From Blepharisma stoltei ATCC 30299 (lineage: Eukaryota > Protista > Ciliophora), in the NCBI GenBank assembly GCA_965603825.1, contig CBFDEM010000033.1, positions 186,001 to 250,000 on the forward strand: a DNA stretch of 64,000 nucleotides. The letters are read 5' to 3'. Below the pieces are notes generated by a model. That model saw nothing but the letters and a program-made list of their open reading frames with translations. It did not search any database and was not told where the DNA came from. Made by a program: the position numbers and the translations under genes. The stretch's first letter is position 1; every line of letters begins with the position of its first letter. Shown here piece by piece: positions 1-12,959 of the stretch.

Positions 1-720
1 AGAGTCCCAGTTGATTTCCAAGATCAAAATAAAGCTCAAGAGCTCAGCCCAGAAAAATTTTCCCAAGAAATGCGGAGCCTATCTCAAGAAATCAAAAAAA
101 CTGACAGATGTGTCGAAGAATTTGAAGAAAAAATAATGCGGCTTAGATTAGAAAATGAGCAACTTACCAGAGAAAGGGACGAAAAACACCTGGAATCCAA
201 AAGCTTATATCAAGAATACGAAATTCTTAAAAGCAAATATGATTTTATAGCAAAACAAAAAGAAGTTATAAGCAAACAAGTAGATCTTGCCAATGATTTT
301 AGGAATGAATTGATACTTAAATCGTCAGGCAGTATGTCATTAAAATCGCTGAGTTCTAAAGAAAAGCAGTTTTCGAGTGAAATTGAAGGTCTTTATGCGA
401 AATGCAATAAAATTGAAAATGAAAATTCATTGATGAAGAGATCGCTGAAGCTTAATAGTAAAGATTTAAAAAGCACGGGGTATTCGAGTGCAATTGATGA
501 AATTAAATCACAGCTAAGCCAGACTGCAAAAGTGTGTGCAGTACTGAAGAAAAAACTTAAGAGGATAGTTGTAAGCCCTAAGTCAAGAGAGATTTTGACT
601 GAAGGCTCGAGTCGGAAGAAACTTAAAAAGAAACAGCCATTACCGTTCACATCTCCAGAAAATAAAAGAAAATGCTTCCATTGCGAAATGTGCTGCCATC
701 ATGGCAAGAACAAAAAATAA
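1..720 (+). CDS. coiled-coil protein of unknown function, 5' partial
   Basis: Frame is open from base 1 through the 70..720 ORF to TAA; E/K/L heptad-rich. Confidence 0.75.
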   Translation, partial: RVPVDFQDQNKAQELSPEKFSQEMRSLSQEIKKTDRCVEEFEEKIMRLRLENEQLTRERDEKHLESKSLYQEYEILKSKYDFIAKQKEVISKQVDLANDFRNELILKSSGSMSLKSLSSKEKQFSSEIEGLYAKCNKIENENSLMKRSLKLNSKDLKSTGYSSAIDEIKSQLSQTAKVCAVLKKKLKRIVVSPKSREILTEGSSRKKLKKKQPLPFTSPENKRKCFHCEMCCHHGKNKK

Positions 721-834
721 ATTAAGGTATTATTTCAAGTAAATATAAAGCAACTGGTTTTATAATTATTACATTATAGTTTATTTGTAATAAATTATTA
801 AGTAATAACACTTCGGATTGTTTGTAATTTGTAA

Positions 835-1938
835 ATGTCATCAGCAAAAGATCCTTTTTCTATTCTTAATAATGATCCAGACAGAGGTAAAGTAATACCT
901 CAGTATAATCCCACCAAAATAGAAAGATACAGACCTGGCAAAGCCCCGACCTGAGGAGAAGAATCAGAAGATAAAGATACTTTAAAAGTCAATGCCATAG
1001 TAAAGCAGACCATAAGCATAGATACTATTGAGTCTCTACCAAAATCTGACCTGAAACCTCAGCCCAGTATCCCTCAAAAATCCTCCCGTCGCCAAGAATT
1101 GAAAATGAAAGCACTCCAAAAGCACAAAAATACAAAAGTTCTTGAAGAATTTCAAGATCCTCTTCCCATTGAAGAAGAATATGAGGAAAATTTAGAGGAA
1201 ATAGAAGCTCCTCGACTTCAGCCTACTTTTGTCCCAAAAGATAAAAGAATAACTATTCAAGAGAAAGAACAGATGGAGATGGATGAGCAAGAAATCCTTG
1301 AAAAACTAAAACAGCTTAGAGAAGAAAGAAAATCGCATACAAAATATCTAGTCGCTGAAGCTTTATTAAGAGAAGAAATGGGCGAAGCTTCTAAAGATGA
1401 AGAACTTAGCGATGAAGATGAAGATGACCCTAATGAATTCGCAATGTGAAAAATAAGAGAAATCAAAAGAATAATGAAGGCAAAAGATGAAAGAGAAACC
1501 CGTGAAAAAGAATTAAAAGAAATCGAAAGAAGAAGAGGGCTAAGTGATTGGGAAAGAATGGAAGAAGACAAAGCTTTAGGAACTGACGAAACAGCAAAAC
1601 CAGAAAAAATGAAAATCGGGTTTATGCAAAAATATTATAACAAAGGTGTATTTTACCAAGAAAGAGATGAGCATGGTAAGCTTCATCCCATATTTATGCG
1701 TGATTACAACACTCCAGTCGAAGGAGATTTTGATAAAAGTGCCCTTCCAAAAATCCTCCAAAAGAGACGAGGAGATTTTGGCAAAAAAGGCCAATCAAAA
1801 TACACACATTTGACTAATGAAGACACCAATGTTTTTGATCCACAATTAATGCCCCAAGAAGAGCTATTTCTTAAGCAGCAAATGAAAGGGGCTGGATTCA
1901 AAAGCATGAATCGATTTGATGTTTCTCGTAAAAGTTAA
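835..1938 (+). CDS. MFAP1: MFAP1/Spp381 spliceosomal B-complex protein (367 aa)
   Basis: ATG 835. TGA 952 (RYRPGKAPT-W) and TGA 1447 (EFAM-W-KIREIKRI) read as Trp. C-terminal motifs FMQKYYNKGVFY and FGKKGQSKYTHL. Confidence 0.93.
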
Positions 1939-1975
1939 TATTTTATAAAATTTAGTATTAAATTCTCATACAATT

Positions 1976-2584
1976 ATGGCTTTATTTTTCAAAGTCGTAA
2001 GGTTCTTTGCGAAAAAGAAGCCGAAAATCCTGCCAAAGATCGAATACACTAATGGAGAAAAAGTAATTTTAGCTTGGACTGGCATGCATGACCTAATAAG
2101 AATCAGCTCAGTTGCAATCTGTGGATATATTTATTACCTCTATCATGTTGACCCTGACACTCTGTCTGGAGCTTTAAGAAGCTACAGTTTACCTATTTTT
2201 TGTGCATTAGGCAGCTTTGTAATTCATAGGTTTTCGAAATTTTGCTATAAAATCGTCCTGATTGAAGGAGGCCAAATAATTCGAATCGAAAAATATCCAT
2301 GGTTCGGCTTTGGACACACTACCAAGGACCTAATCCCAGTAACTGCAGTAAACGGAGTAACACCTTATGGAATACAAAGTTGAAGGAATCCATTGAGATG
2401 GGGAAGAGGATATTACAAATTTATGTACCAAAAACAAACACTTTTCAAAAAGCCAATACAAGCTTATGCGATTTTTTCAGTCAAAAGTGACTATGATAGA
2501 GAAATTTTTAAGCTTGTTGCTATTGGGAAACCTGTTACGGAAAGCAATTTAGAAGCTCTTAAAAAGGTTGAATTTAACTTTTAA
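1976..2584 (+). CDS. putative mitochondrial two-TM membrane protein (202 aa)
   Basis: ORFs 1976..2383 and 2393..2584 share a frame and are joined by TGA 2381. Basic presequence-like N-terminus and two hydrophobic segments. Confidence 0.7.
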
Positions 2585-2607
2585 TTATAGTGTGATTAGC
2601 ATAAAGC

Positions 2608-3000
2608 TTAATCTAATTTGAGTGTTCCGACTAGTGGGTAACCTTTTCGTTCTTCAAAATATTTTTCCCAATCGTCTAATACTTTTTGTTCTTCTTCATT
2701 AATAGGCTGTCTAATGTTGAGAAGGCTAGGATCCATATTCATTTTTGATAGAGCTAAAGTGGCATCTTTGCCAGCAAATTGTGCATAGCTGCCACCTGGG
2801 AGGTAGGCTTCGCTGCTGCTTACATCAAAGACTTTGTTTTTGACTGCAACGTAGGCTTTTGCATTCTTTCCATTATAAACAGATAATTCTTCAAGAGTGA
2901 ACTCTTTTGTGGATGATGGGGAATGAGGTTTCGCAGAAGGAATGCTGAAATAATAAATAAATGCCCCTAAAAATAGCAATCCAATAATTAACCAAAACAT
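2608..3000 (-). CDS. membrane-associated cytochrome b5-like heme/steroid-binding protein (MAPR/PGRMC/Dap1 family)
   Basis: N-terminal TM helix; motifs FTLEELSVYNG, VFDVS, Y..GGSY..FAGKDAT, DDW.KYF..KGYP.VG. Confidence 0.92.
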   Translation of the reverse strand: MFWLIIGLLFLGAFIYYFSIPSAKPHSPSSTKEFTLEELSVYNGKNAKAYVAVKNKVFDVSSSEAYLPGGSYAQFAGKDATLALSKMNMDPSLLNIRQPINEEEQKVLDDWEKYFEERKGYPLVGTLKLD

Positions 3001-3251
3001 TTTATTATATAATGCATAATTGATTAATAGTTTTTAGAGAAACTAACAAGCGTTTCAAGAGCCTATAGAATTGCAGAAATAGAGTTTTAATTTAAAATTT
3101 AATTTAAATTGCTAAATATCCAATATCAATAATATATCAAAAATTCTGTTCAAAAAATTATTTATTTTCATCAAATCCACACGAAAACAAACTGAAAATT
3201 TTTATAATATCATTTCATAGTCTAATTTTATTTAACGCAAATAATAATTGA

Positions 3252-3677
3252 TTATTGTTCCTCATTTCACGTTACAGGTGGCTCAGTCCTTCTTCTCCTT
3301 GCAAGTCGACAAGTAGGCAGCCCTAATTTTATTGTGGCTGCTTGGTGTGCGCAATCATCTTTTACACAAACTGGTTCCAAAACGTCATCAAAATTAGCCA
3401 AAAGCAACCGTATTTTTGAATTAAGTTTGATATATTCTTCACATTTGTCGACACTTATGGGTTTAAATAATTTCAAGTAATTTTCTTTATTAATTGGTAC
3501 AGTAATTTGACATAAATTGCTGGTGCAATATGTAGGGAAATGACTTGAAGATTTTTCTTCAAAATCAACAGAGGACGGGCTTTCTGGTGGATCTGATGTC
3601 CCTGATGTACTTACCCCAGAAGATGTTCTGGTTTCTTTTCGCTTTATTAAAATATTGAATGTTGAAAATTCTTCCAT
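3252..3677 (-). CDS. hypothetical protein (141 aa)
   Basis: ATG at 3677. TGA at 3267-3269 read through (PPVT-W-NEEQ) to TAA at 3252-3254. Confidence 0.65.
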
Positions 3678-4201
3678 CAATTATTATTATTATCATTTTA
3701 AAATTTATACCAATCAATGATTAGACATTTGCATAAGAGCAAAAGTTTTGTTTTTTAAATTGCAAACACTGAAAGAGATTGCTATTAACGAGATCCATAT
3801 TTTATCAATGGCTGGTATAATCAAGCTATTTATGCCTGAATCTTCATTCATGAGAATGAATTCAAAAATTCCTAAAAACGATATGTTTTCACTATAAATA
3901 CTTGTTATATTTAAACTTATAGAGAAGATAATAAAGGCTGCCAAGAGTTCGGCTTGACTGTTCTCACTTTTGATACAATTCCCAGCTTTTCTAACAATGA
4001 CCAAATCTTAACAGAAATTTTTTAAATCAGCAATTATACTCACTATCAGAAAAATAATGGAATCATTGATTTTAAATGAAATTCCCAATTTGTTTGCCAT
4101 TGAAATTTTCAATGAAAATTACTGCAATTAGGACACTAAATTTCTAATTAAAAATTAAGTATTAATGATAACTCCAAAGCATTTTCAGAAAAATTTCAAA
4201 T

Positions 4202-5011
4202 TTAATTAAAACTAGGATATTCCATCCCACTTCTTGGACTTGCTGCTTCTTCCACTTGTGAAGTTGGCACCAAAAGAGACTCTTGGTTAATTTCTTTTTC
4301 TTCAAATTTCTCAGGCTTTTCAATTACTCCCAATTCCTGCCTTTTTTTATTTAAAAGGGATTTTATTCGGTTTTTTACTGAGCACTCAGTTCGGCCTCCT
4401 ACCTGTTTGGCAATATTGCTCCATTTGTTACCGAGCTCCTTATGTAACTCAAGTAATCTTACGTCTTCTTCATCTGTCCAGTTGCCTCTTCTGATTTCAG
4501 GATTCAAATGGTTGTTCCATCTTTCCTTGCAATGTTTGCCTGTTCGAATTTTAAGTCCTTTATGTATTTCATTATTGATGAGGTTGGCAATGTTTCCCCA
4601 CTTTGTGATTGAGCTTTCTACAAGCTCAATAAGCTTTGCATCTTCTTTTTCTGACCAAATCCCAGGACGAAGGGTGCCAGAAGTTTGAATTTCATTGATC
4701 TTCGCCATGCACTGTTCAGCAGACTGTTCGGTTTCTTTTGAAATAATTTCAAAATCGTTAATAGTGAGCTGCTCTATTTCCTTGTTAGCTTGCTGGGCAT
4801 AGACTTTTGTAATTTCGTAGAGTCTTTCGACTTGAGTCTTTTTCCAGGTTCTTTTGTATGCTTTCTTATTTCCTTTGGTATTTGTGTCAATGGTGTTTGT
4901 GATAGTAACAGGCACGATTGGGACCTGAGGAAATGCATAAAAGTAATACGGGCTTATTGGCTGCATTGCGTAGTTTGGAATAAAGTATTGAAAGCTTTGC
5001 TGATTTTTCAT
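4202..5011 (-). CDS. Myb-family transcription factor (R2R3 plus a degenerate N-terminal repeat)
   Basis: GIWSEKED..., RTGKHCKERWNNHLNP, GNWTDEED..., GNKWS.IA, GRTECSVKNR. Start at 5011 chosen by alignment with the paralogue at 51252; an upstream ATG exists at 5038. Confidence 0.92.
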   Translation of the reverse strand: MKNQQSFQYFIPNYAMQPISPYYFYAFPQVPIVPVTITNTIDTNTKGNKKAYKRTWKKTQVERLYEITKVYAQQANKEIEQLTINDFEIISKETEQSAEQCMAKINEIQTSGTLRPGIWSEKEDAKLIELVESSITKWGNIANLINNEIHKGLKIRTGKHCKERWNNHLNPEIRRGNWTDEEDVRLLELHKELGNKWSNIAKQVGGRTECSVKNRIKSLLNKKRQELGVIEKPEKFEEKEINQESLLVPTSQVEEAASPRSGMEYPSFN

Positions 5012-5718
5012 TTTATAAAAATTATTTGTAATCACCATTACTTGAAATTTGAATTTAAGTAAGGAATAAAATGGATTATTTGTAACGTTTGTTAATTATT
5101 CCACACCACCAAAGTTTGAATTTATAAAGTTTTTTTTTCGCCGGATACTGGCTCTAAAAACTTTTATAAGCATAGTTATATTTATAAGAAATTAGCAGTA
5201 GAAGGCTCTTCAGTTAAGGAAAACTATTCTAAAAAAATTGAATTAAGCTATCGCTTAAAAGGGACAACAGGGACGCCTAAAAGAATTCAAAAAAAAAGTA
5301 AAAATGTTTTATGTGGCAGGCCTTATTAAACTTCCTGACAAAAATCAATCCTACCATCCTTGATGATTTTTGAATATTAGGCCATTCTAACTTTTATAAT
5401 GAAAGCATGATTAGAGAAGCCACATGCAGAATCACAATAATAATAGCGATTTTTAATTTTAATTATGCTATATTATAGCTTAGTAGTTCAAAGCAATTTG
5501 AAGAATTTGTATATTGAGAGTGGTTCTTTAATGGCTGATAATATATAATAACTCTAATATGCATTTTTATTATGACTTCTCTCATATTTAATTTTAAATT
5601 TTACTTTTATAATTTTAATTTTTAAAATTATGGTTTCTTTTTAATTTTAAAAAGAGTGGATGATATAAATCATTTGCAAAATAATCAACTTTTGAAATAA
5701 ACCTCCTTGAAATTTAAT

Positions 5719-7725
5719 TTATATAAATTTTCTTTTTTTCGGTTTGTGCTCTTTTTCTGCATGACTTTTGTTATTATTTTTGAATTTTTTGTCTTGCTTA
5801 TTAATTTCTTCGCCTTTATCAGTAAACTTGAATTTTTGCAATGGTGCTTCTAAGTTCTTCTGATTTTTACCTTTAATTTTACTTAATAATGGGGATTCTT
5901 TTGCGATGTCACTTCTTGAATTTTCAGCTATTATAGATTTTGATTTCTCTTCAAAATTTTTAATATCAGAATTTGAGCTTGTAGCTTCATTTTCATTTTT
6001 AATTTTTTGATCCATAAACTCAGTCTGATTTTCTCATAGTTCAAAATTACTCCTAAGTAGATCAATCAAAGGTTTTTGGGGTTGCTCTTCATTTTTAGGT
6101 GGAAAGGTCGTCTTGCTTTTATTTACCATAATTCTGAAATCTCTGCTATAACTACCTCTTGGAGACCGGAACTCCGAAGAAGCAAAAGAAGTGCTTTGAG
6201 TTGGGTTGATAACAGGTTTTACGCTACGAACAACAATTTTTGTAGTTCCTTTCTCTTCTACTAAATCAATTTTATCCTCTGGAGGCTTCGACTCAACTTT
6301 CTTTTCAATCTCAGGCTTCTTTTCAGACAATTGCTGAACACTAAATCTAGGTAGAAGTTGTGTATATGATTTTTGTGTATGCCTTATAATTTTATCAATC
6401 TTAGGCTGCTCCTGACTAACATTAGTCGCCTTTATTTCAATAATTTCTGGCACTTCTTTTTCATCAATTTTATTTTCGATCTCCTCATGCAAACTTTTTT
6501 CTAAATCCGAAATTTCTTTTTTCTTTATCCTCGGAGGAGACAATGACAAATCAAAATCCTTCTCATTAAATTGGTCTTTTTTAACCAAAACCCCATCTAC
6601 TATATCATATTTTCTAGTAAACTTTTCATAGCCATCAGCAAAAACGCTATAATCTTCAAAAGTGTCATAATTCTTATATGGCTTATACTTAAACTCGCTG
6701 TGGTATTCAGCTTGATGGACTTGTCAGCCATTTCAATTTGGGCCTTGCTTTCTATTATCAATTCTTTTTAGAATTTTATAGCCAACAGGGCCATCATATC
6801 TTTGTGTGGAATCTATTCGGCAGCGCTGCCGAGAACTAAAAGATATAGCTTCTTCTTTTGGGCAGCCATTCCCTCGGAGCTGCAAATAAAGCATAGCCTG
6901 GTCTATGGTAAGGACTGAGCTGTTTGGATTGAGCTTGTGGCAATAACTTTTTACTAGATCTTCATTTATTTTATAGTCTTCATTTTTATGAGAAAAATCA
7001 GTTCGAGTAGTCAAAGCTGGGCCTGTATACCCATTAATACAGTCTCAAGTCGGAAGATTTCTAGTGGTGTTGCAGACTGATGCAGGAAAAGATTTTAAAA
7101 CGCTTTTAATTCTTCCTCCTGAAGCTGATTTCAGCCACCTTGTACATCCAGGTTTATCAAGCAGCTCAGTTAGATGAGTTAGTCTATTTTCTTCATGCTT
7201 TGCTGTTTTTTCTTTCATCTTATTGATGGTCTCTGCTGTAATCGATTCCCTTTTGGTAAAAAGCGACTCATTGTGGAAGTTTTTTTTCGAAAGTTTACTT
7301 GGGTCTTCTCTGCTGGCTTGTGAGATTTGAGGGTTGTCTTGGATTGATTTTTTTCATTTGAAATATTCTTCGACTTTTTGTTTTTCTTCATTTTGAAGTA
7401 TAATTTTTCTTGCTTGAACACTAGCAGAAAACTTATGATTTTTTTGAGCGATTTCTCTCAAAATTTCCCTTCTTCTTTCTGTTTTGAGTTTCATAGTTTT
7501 CTCTATCTTTTTCTCCAGCCCAATTTTTTTTTGGCTATTTATCTCATTTTGGATCTCTGTATTCATTTCCATTTGAAGTTTGTGCTTTTGCTGTTTAAAT
7601 TCTAAATTTTGAACATTTTTTCGTTTTATAGCTAATTCTTGAAATTTCAGATTAAATGAGCTTTCTATCTGTTTTATGATCTCATTTTTGAAAGGTAAAG
7701 TTTTTTCAGATTTCGATTTGTTCAT
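5719..7725 (-). CDS. hypothetical protein (668 aa) with N-terminal coiled coil
   Basis: Four track ORFs (7354..7725, 6733..7014, 6034..6588, 5719..6015) share one frame. Only TGAs (7354, 7045, 6733, 6724, 6034) interrupt it; there is no TAA/TAG. Confidence 0.8.
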
Positions 7726-8160
7726 TTATTTAATGACTTTTTAATAGGGTTACATTTAAAGATTAAAACTAAGGTATAATTGTGCATTGAACTAATTGTA
7801 AAAGACATATATAAAATTTATGATAGGAATGAATAAAACGTAAGCGTTTAAATTTATCAAGTAAATCGAATAAAAATGTGCATGTTGATTTTTTATGTTC
7901 TTTATATCAAAAAAAGATGAGTAATTAATCGTTATCTTATTGAGTACTGTATAAATAAAATATTTATAAAGATTTCTTATATCTAAAATCTATTGAATCA
8001 TATTTCTGTCAAAAAATGTGGCAAAGAATGCATAATTTGCAAAAATGGAACTAGATGTATGTTCATCAAATTATCTGACGATTTCAGATTCCATACTGCT
8101 TGAATTAATTATTGTGATAAGATTCAAAATTAATTTGTGGTTTCTAATATAGTAAACAAT

Positions 8161-10119
8161 ATGAAGAATTCAACAGCTCTTCTTTTATCATTGATTTCTC
8201 TGTGACTACTGGAGCGTGCTGAATCTTCTGATTTTCTTCTAAGAATTTTTTTTACTTTTCCTTTGATTTTCCTCAAAACACAATTTATGCAGCATCTTTT
8301 GTTTTTCCAACTAAACCTACTCTTTGCTTATTTTTCCTCAACTTTTTCATTCTACTCGCTTATGATTATCTTAATCTCAGCATCAACTTTTACAGAAGAC
8401 AGTCTTTTAGCCCTAAAAAAACTCCTCATAATCGAAATATCAATTGCTAGCATCTACTATAGTTTTCAATGAAAATTTAAAGAAATTATAGTTTTAGTCA
8501 TTTCCTGTACATTTTGCTACCTCTATAGCTATATGAAGAGCGAACTTAAGGGTCTAAAAAATGAGCTTTTTAAAGAAAGTGAAGAAGCCTCTCGATTGAA
8601 ATTAAAACTCGATACTATGAAGCGTTCCAAAGTTTCAGAAAATCCCAAACTAGATGTAACAGTAAGGAAAACTTTAATCGAAAAGTTAAAGCAGCATATA
8701 CAGTCAAGACATCTGAGAAGAACAGTGAGCATAAGTTCAGAAAATTCTTCTTATACAAGCTCAGATGAAAGCAGGTCATCTGATGATTTTCGGCTTTCAT
8801 TATTAAGGACCTTTACAGATGAGCCAAATATGCCAGGAACTCCAAGATCCCGCCATGCAGAGTTATCTGAAAATGAACTTCAAGACATTATTCAATCTTT
8901 ACTAGTCCAAGAACTTGTAAATTGGCAAAAAAAAGCTGAGCTTTCTCCAGAAGATTCTGTAAAATTCTTAGAAGATCTACAGCAGAAATATATTCAATCA
9001 AACCGAGATTTGCCAGGGATTAGCCATAGAGTTTTTCAGCTGAAGAAAATTGTGAAAATGCATTCTTATGTAGAAGAAAATGAAGCATTATCAGAACTTC
9101 TTGATGTAGGTGAATGGGATGTAGACTTATTAGAAACAGTAAAAATTACTAAAAAGCCTATTTATGAAGTAGGGTATTATGTTTTCAGCACTTTAGGCAT
9201 TATTGAGCAGCTAAATATCCCAACTCCTCAATTAAAAAATTTTTTAGCAGAAGTAGACCGCTACTATAAGCCTCAAAATTTTTACCATAATTCCATTCAT
9301 GGTGCTGACGTTACCTGCTCAGTTGTATTTTTGCTTCACAACTGCTTACAAAGATGTGGGAACCTGATTGATTTGGATATTTTTGCTTTATTAACAGCTT
9401 CTTTATGCCACGATATTTGCCACCCTGGAGTAAATAACGCATTTCTGGTAGCCAGCGAAAACAAATTATCATTAAAATATAATGACCAAAGCTGCTTAGA
9501 GAATATGCACTCATCTCTTACTTTTAATATATTAAAACGTCCAAATAGCAATATAGTTTCATCACTTTCTAGAGGAGAATTCCAAGCATATAGAAAAATA
9601 GTAGTCTTGACCATTTTAGCGACTGATCTTCAAAAGCATTTTGATAAGCAAAAAGAGTTTACTGAACAGATAAATAAAACGCCTGCACCAACATTGGAAA
9701 ATGATGAATTTAGATATCTTGCGCTGCAGATGGTTTTGAAATGTGCTGATCTGGGGCATGGAGCAAAACGGCTTGATATTCATAAAAAATGGACAGCGCT
9801 GATTACAAAAGAATTTTTTGAGCAAGGAGAAAAAGAAAAAAATTTGGGGATCCCAATAAGTCCACTATGTGATAAATCAAAAGTTGTGCTATCAAAATCA
9901 CAAGTTGGGTTTCTTAATTTCTTGGTAAAACCTCTATTTAAGCTTCTGGAAACTTATGTTGTCATGATGAATGAAGACGAAGAAACAAGCCTGAACATCA
10001 AAACTTGCTGTAGAAATATTGATATCAATATAAAATTTTGGGAGTCTGAAGCGCTTTTAATTGATTCTGGCCAAAATCCGACTTATGTTTTAGACGAATC
10101 TCCTCCACTGCTTCTTTAG
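8161..10119 (+). CDS. class I 3',5'-cyclic nucleotide phosphodiesterase with N-terminal membrane region (652 aa)
   Basis: YHNSIHGADV, HDICHPGVNN, LENMH, ILATD, KCADL, EFFEQG, SQVGF motifs. Frame extends upstream to ATG 8161 via TGA 8203 and 8470, adding hydrophobic helices. Confidence 0.92.
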
Positions 10120-10168
10120 GATAATTAATTATGCCACCATATTACTAAATTTATGTAAGAGGAATTAA

Positions 10169-11581
10169 TTACAATTGTCTTCTTTTATTGGAATATCTTT
10201 CCTCTAGAAAAGAAGTAATGTCTACTGTCCCAAGCATCCTCGCAAGAGAAACCTGTCCTCGCAACTGCTGCTCAGTCCTTGGCCTTGGCAGATTCAGCGC
10301 AGGGATTCTTGGGATTTCTGATCTAAAAGAGGTAAAAGCCAGTTGAATTTCTCCTCCTGCTGCAGAATTCGGTCTAAATGCTCTTGTTGACTTGCTGCTT
10401 TTGACTGTCCTTTCCATATACTGGTTTTCAGGTCTTGACAAGAGAGTTACCTCCCTTCTTCTATTTGTTTTCTTAGGATCTAATGGCTGTGTTCCAAAAA
10501 TCGGCACAGACTGAGGTCTTGGCAACGCTCCACTTGTTTGCCACTGATTTGTGAATATTAAAAAACACTGGTCACAAACCAGTGTTTGTTTATTAAGAAA
10601 TAATGGATTATGCCTGAATTTTTCAAATTCGTCTACTGTCATGTGAGAATGGATCTTTTTAAGCAGAGGCGGAATACCGTCTTGGGCTGTAATAATCATC
10701 CTATAAGAAATTTCGCACATTCGGTCAGCTTCCATAGCTTCCTCACAGTTTCGGCATAACACAGTTTTTTGTAAAGCCATAGGGCATTGAGGATTTGTGG
10801 AAAACTTGTGACCGTTAACAGTTTCTGGCAGTTTTATTACAGAGTTTAAGTCAAGTGGACTATTTTGGTGCTCTGAGCAGCGTATTGATGTGGCCCGGAG
10901 CAGCCATAAATTATCATACTTATCTTGTTTGAAATGAAGGACCATTCTGTTTATGGATAACTTGTTTGAAGTGACTTCACTGATATGCATAACTAGTAGC
11001 TCAACAATGTTTTTTAAATGCTTTTTTAATTCGTTACCGCGTAATGCTATGCTTGAACTATGAAATTCTTCTCCTTCAAATGTAACTGCTCTCTCATACA
11101 TGTCATACCTTTGATCATATAAATCTTTTAAATTTTCTCTATATTCAAATAAGCAGATCTTTGGGCTTCAAACCATTTGAATTATAGAATTTTTTTCTCC
11201 TTTAGGATCAATCCACTTCTGTAGAATTCCTTCTTGTGCCTTCTTCCTATAATTCAGAAAATGTTTAAGTTCTTCAGGCCCGAAAAACTCAATAACTCTA
11301 TTATTTGAAGCTGACATGAATATATAGCAAGCCACAATTCCAGACTCTGATTTTTTCCTGAGGAAAGCGTCCTCTATGCATTGTGTTGTCAGTTTATCTT
11401 TGCATTTCTTTTTAATTGTTCCATCAATTGACGTAAAATACCAACTTCTTGGCTGTTGGTACTTGTAAACTACAGTATCTGGAAGGAAGAATCCTCTTAA
11501 GCCTTCATCTCTTGCAGCTTTCAATCATACATAATAAAATAAATTGTCTAGTAACCCATCACCTTCAATTGGAAAGGCCAT
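10169..11581 (-). CDS. uncharacterised protein (470 aa), paralogue of 47088..48554
   Basis: ATG 11581 (MAFPIEGDGLLDNLFYYV-W). TGA 11525 and 11168 read as Trp. PDTVV..P.SWYFTS..G.IKKK motif and C-terminal CxxC pairs. Confidence 0.82.
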
Positions 11582-11718
11582 TATATTTATAAAATCAAAC
11601 CAAGAAAGTTATGCTTCTTGGCGAAATAATGCAAATATATAGGGAAATTATAATAAAAAATTAATAAATCAGGCCAATAGAATATTAACTGAAGTCGAAA
11701 TAATTTTTTAATAAAATA

Positions 11719-12843
11719 ATGAAGGTTTTAAAAATTGTTCGCTCAGACCAAGGAAAAGATTGTGTCAGGTTTTTTGAAATAGATGACAACTGTTCAGCAA
11801 CAGAATTTTATACAGCACTACAAAATGTGTTTGGTAATGCTTCAACTCTGCTCTATGCTCCAGTTCTTTGTGACTCACATGGGAACAAGATGAATTTCAA
11901 AAAACTAGACGGCTCAATGACCTATTTCTTAACTTTTGAGAAAAAAGATCCTACAAATAGAATAGAAATTGGGACAAGGGATGGAGTAATTTCTTTACAT
12001 TCAAGCAATTTAAAAGTATTTTTGCCAGATGAATATTTGTTAAAAAAGATCAAGGCTTTACAAGAAAAAGCAAAGCTGAAACTAGGAGACTTGGCTATAA
12101 GGCAAGAGCATAATATGGCGATTTTGAACCAAAGCTTAAATAAAGTCCATACCGTGCTAGGAAGTCAGTCATTAAGACTAATCGAGTATGGCAGTGGGAT
12201 CGGCAATATCATATCGAAAATGGACTATCTTGGCCCTCATCTAAAAAGCCTTGCAGGTCAGCTTAGGGAAATTTCACAAGAATTAAGAATGGTGTACGCT
12301 TATAAGCCACCTCCAGGATTAGAACCTAGAGTGCCTAGGAATTTTCGAAATTACAATTCTGCTGACCCTCTGCATCAGAGTTACTTGAAAAAGCCATTTA
12401 ATATAGTTTTAAAAGACCTGCCTATGAATGAACTCAGCCCAAACGAGCTTAAGCGGTTTTTAAAGTTTAATAGTATGCTAATACAAGAAGATGAGAGTCA
12501 AGCCCCATCTCAAAACACACCTAGGAAGCAGCAAATAGTTCAGCTGTCAGCAAGACCTAAAAAGGAGACCATTTCAAGGGCTGAGCCAATAAAAGTGATG
12601 ATTCATAAAGAATGAAGCATGGGAATGGGATATATAAAAATTATAGGGAATATGCTGAAAGTTGCACGAACGCCGAGCTTTGAAAATTGTGAGTCATATG
12701 ATTTAACACAAGTTATTAATGTTGATAAGGCAATTGATATTTCTCATATGGCAATAGAGCTTACTTTTAAGGCAGAATCGTTTTCGCTTGAGTTTATGGA
12801 TGGGGATGCTTTTAATTATTGATATAGGCTATTAAAAATGTAA
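11719..12843 (+). CDS. protein with probable C-terminal PH-like domain (374 aa)
   Basis: TGA 12613 and 12820 read through to TAA 12841-12843. Terminal DAFNY-W-YRLLK resembles the Trp-bearing PH-domain helix. Confidence 0.72.
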
Positions 12844-12959
12844 AAGATTTTAATAATTATTTAAAAATAAAATTATATAAAATTAAGAGTAAAGTTGAAT
12901 AAAGGTTCATTTTAATATAAAATAAGTTTATTAATTCCATCTATAATTAAATCAAGAAA

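Noticed and set aside
3714-4100. Minus-strand ORF 3714..4004, extendable to ATG 4100 across one TAA
   Set aside because: No valid tiny intron covers the TAA, no motif is recognisable, and the composition is typical of AT-rich noise.
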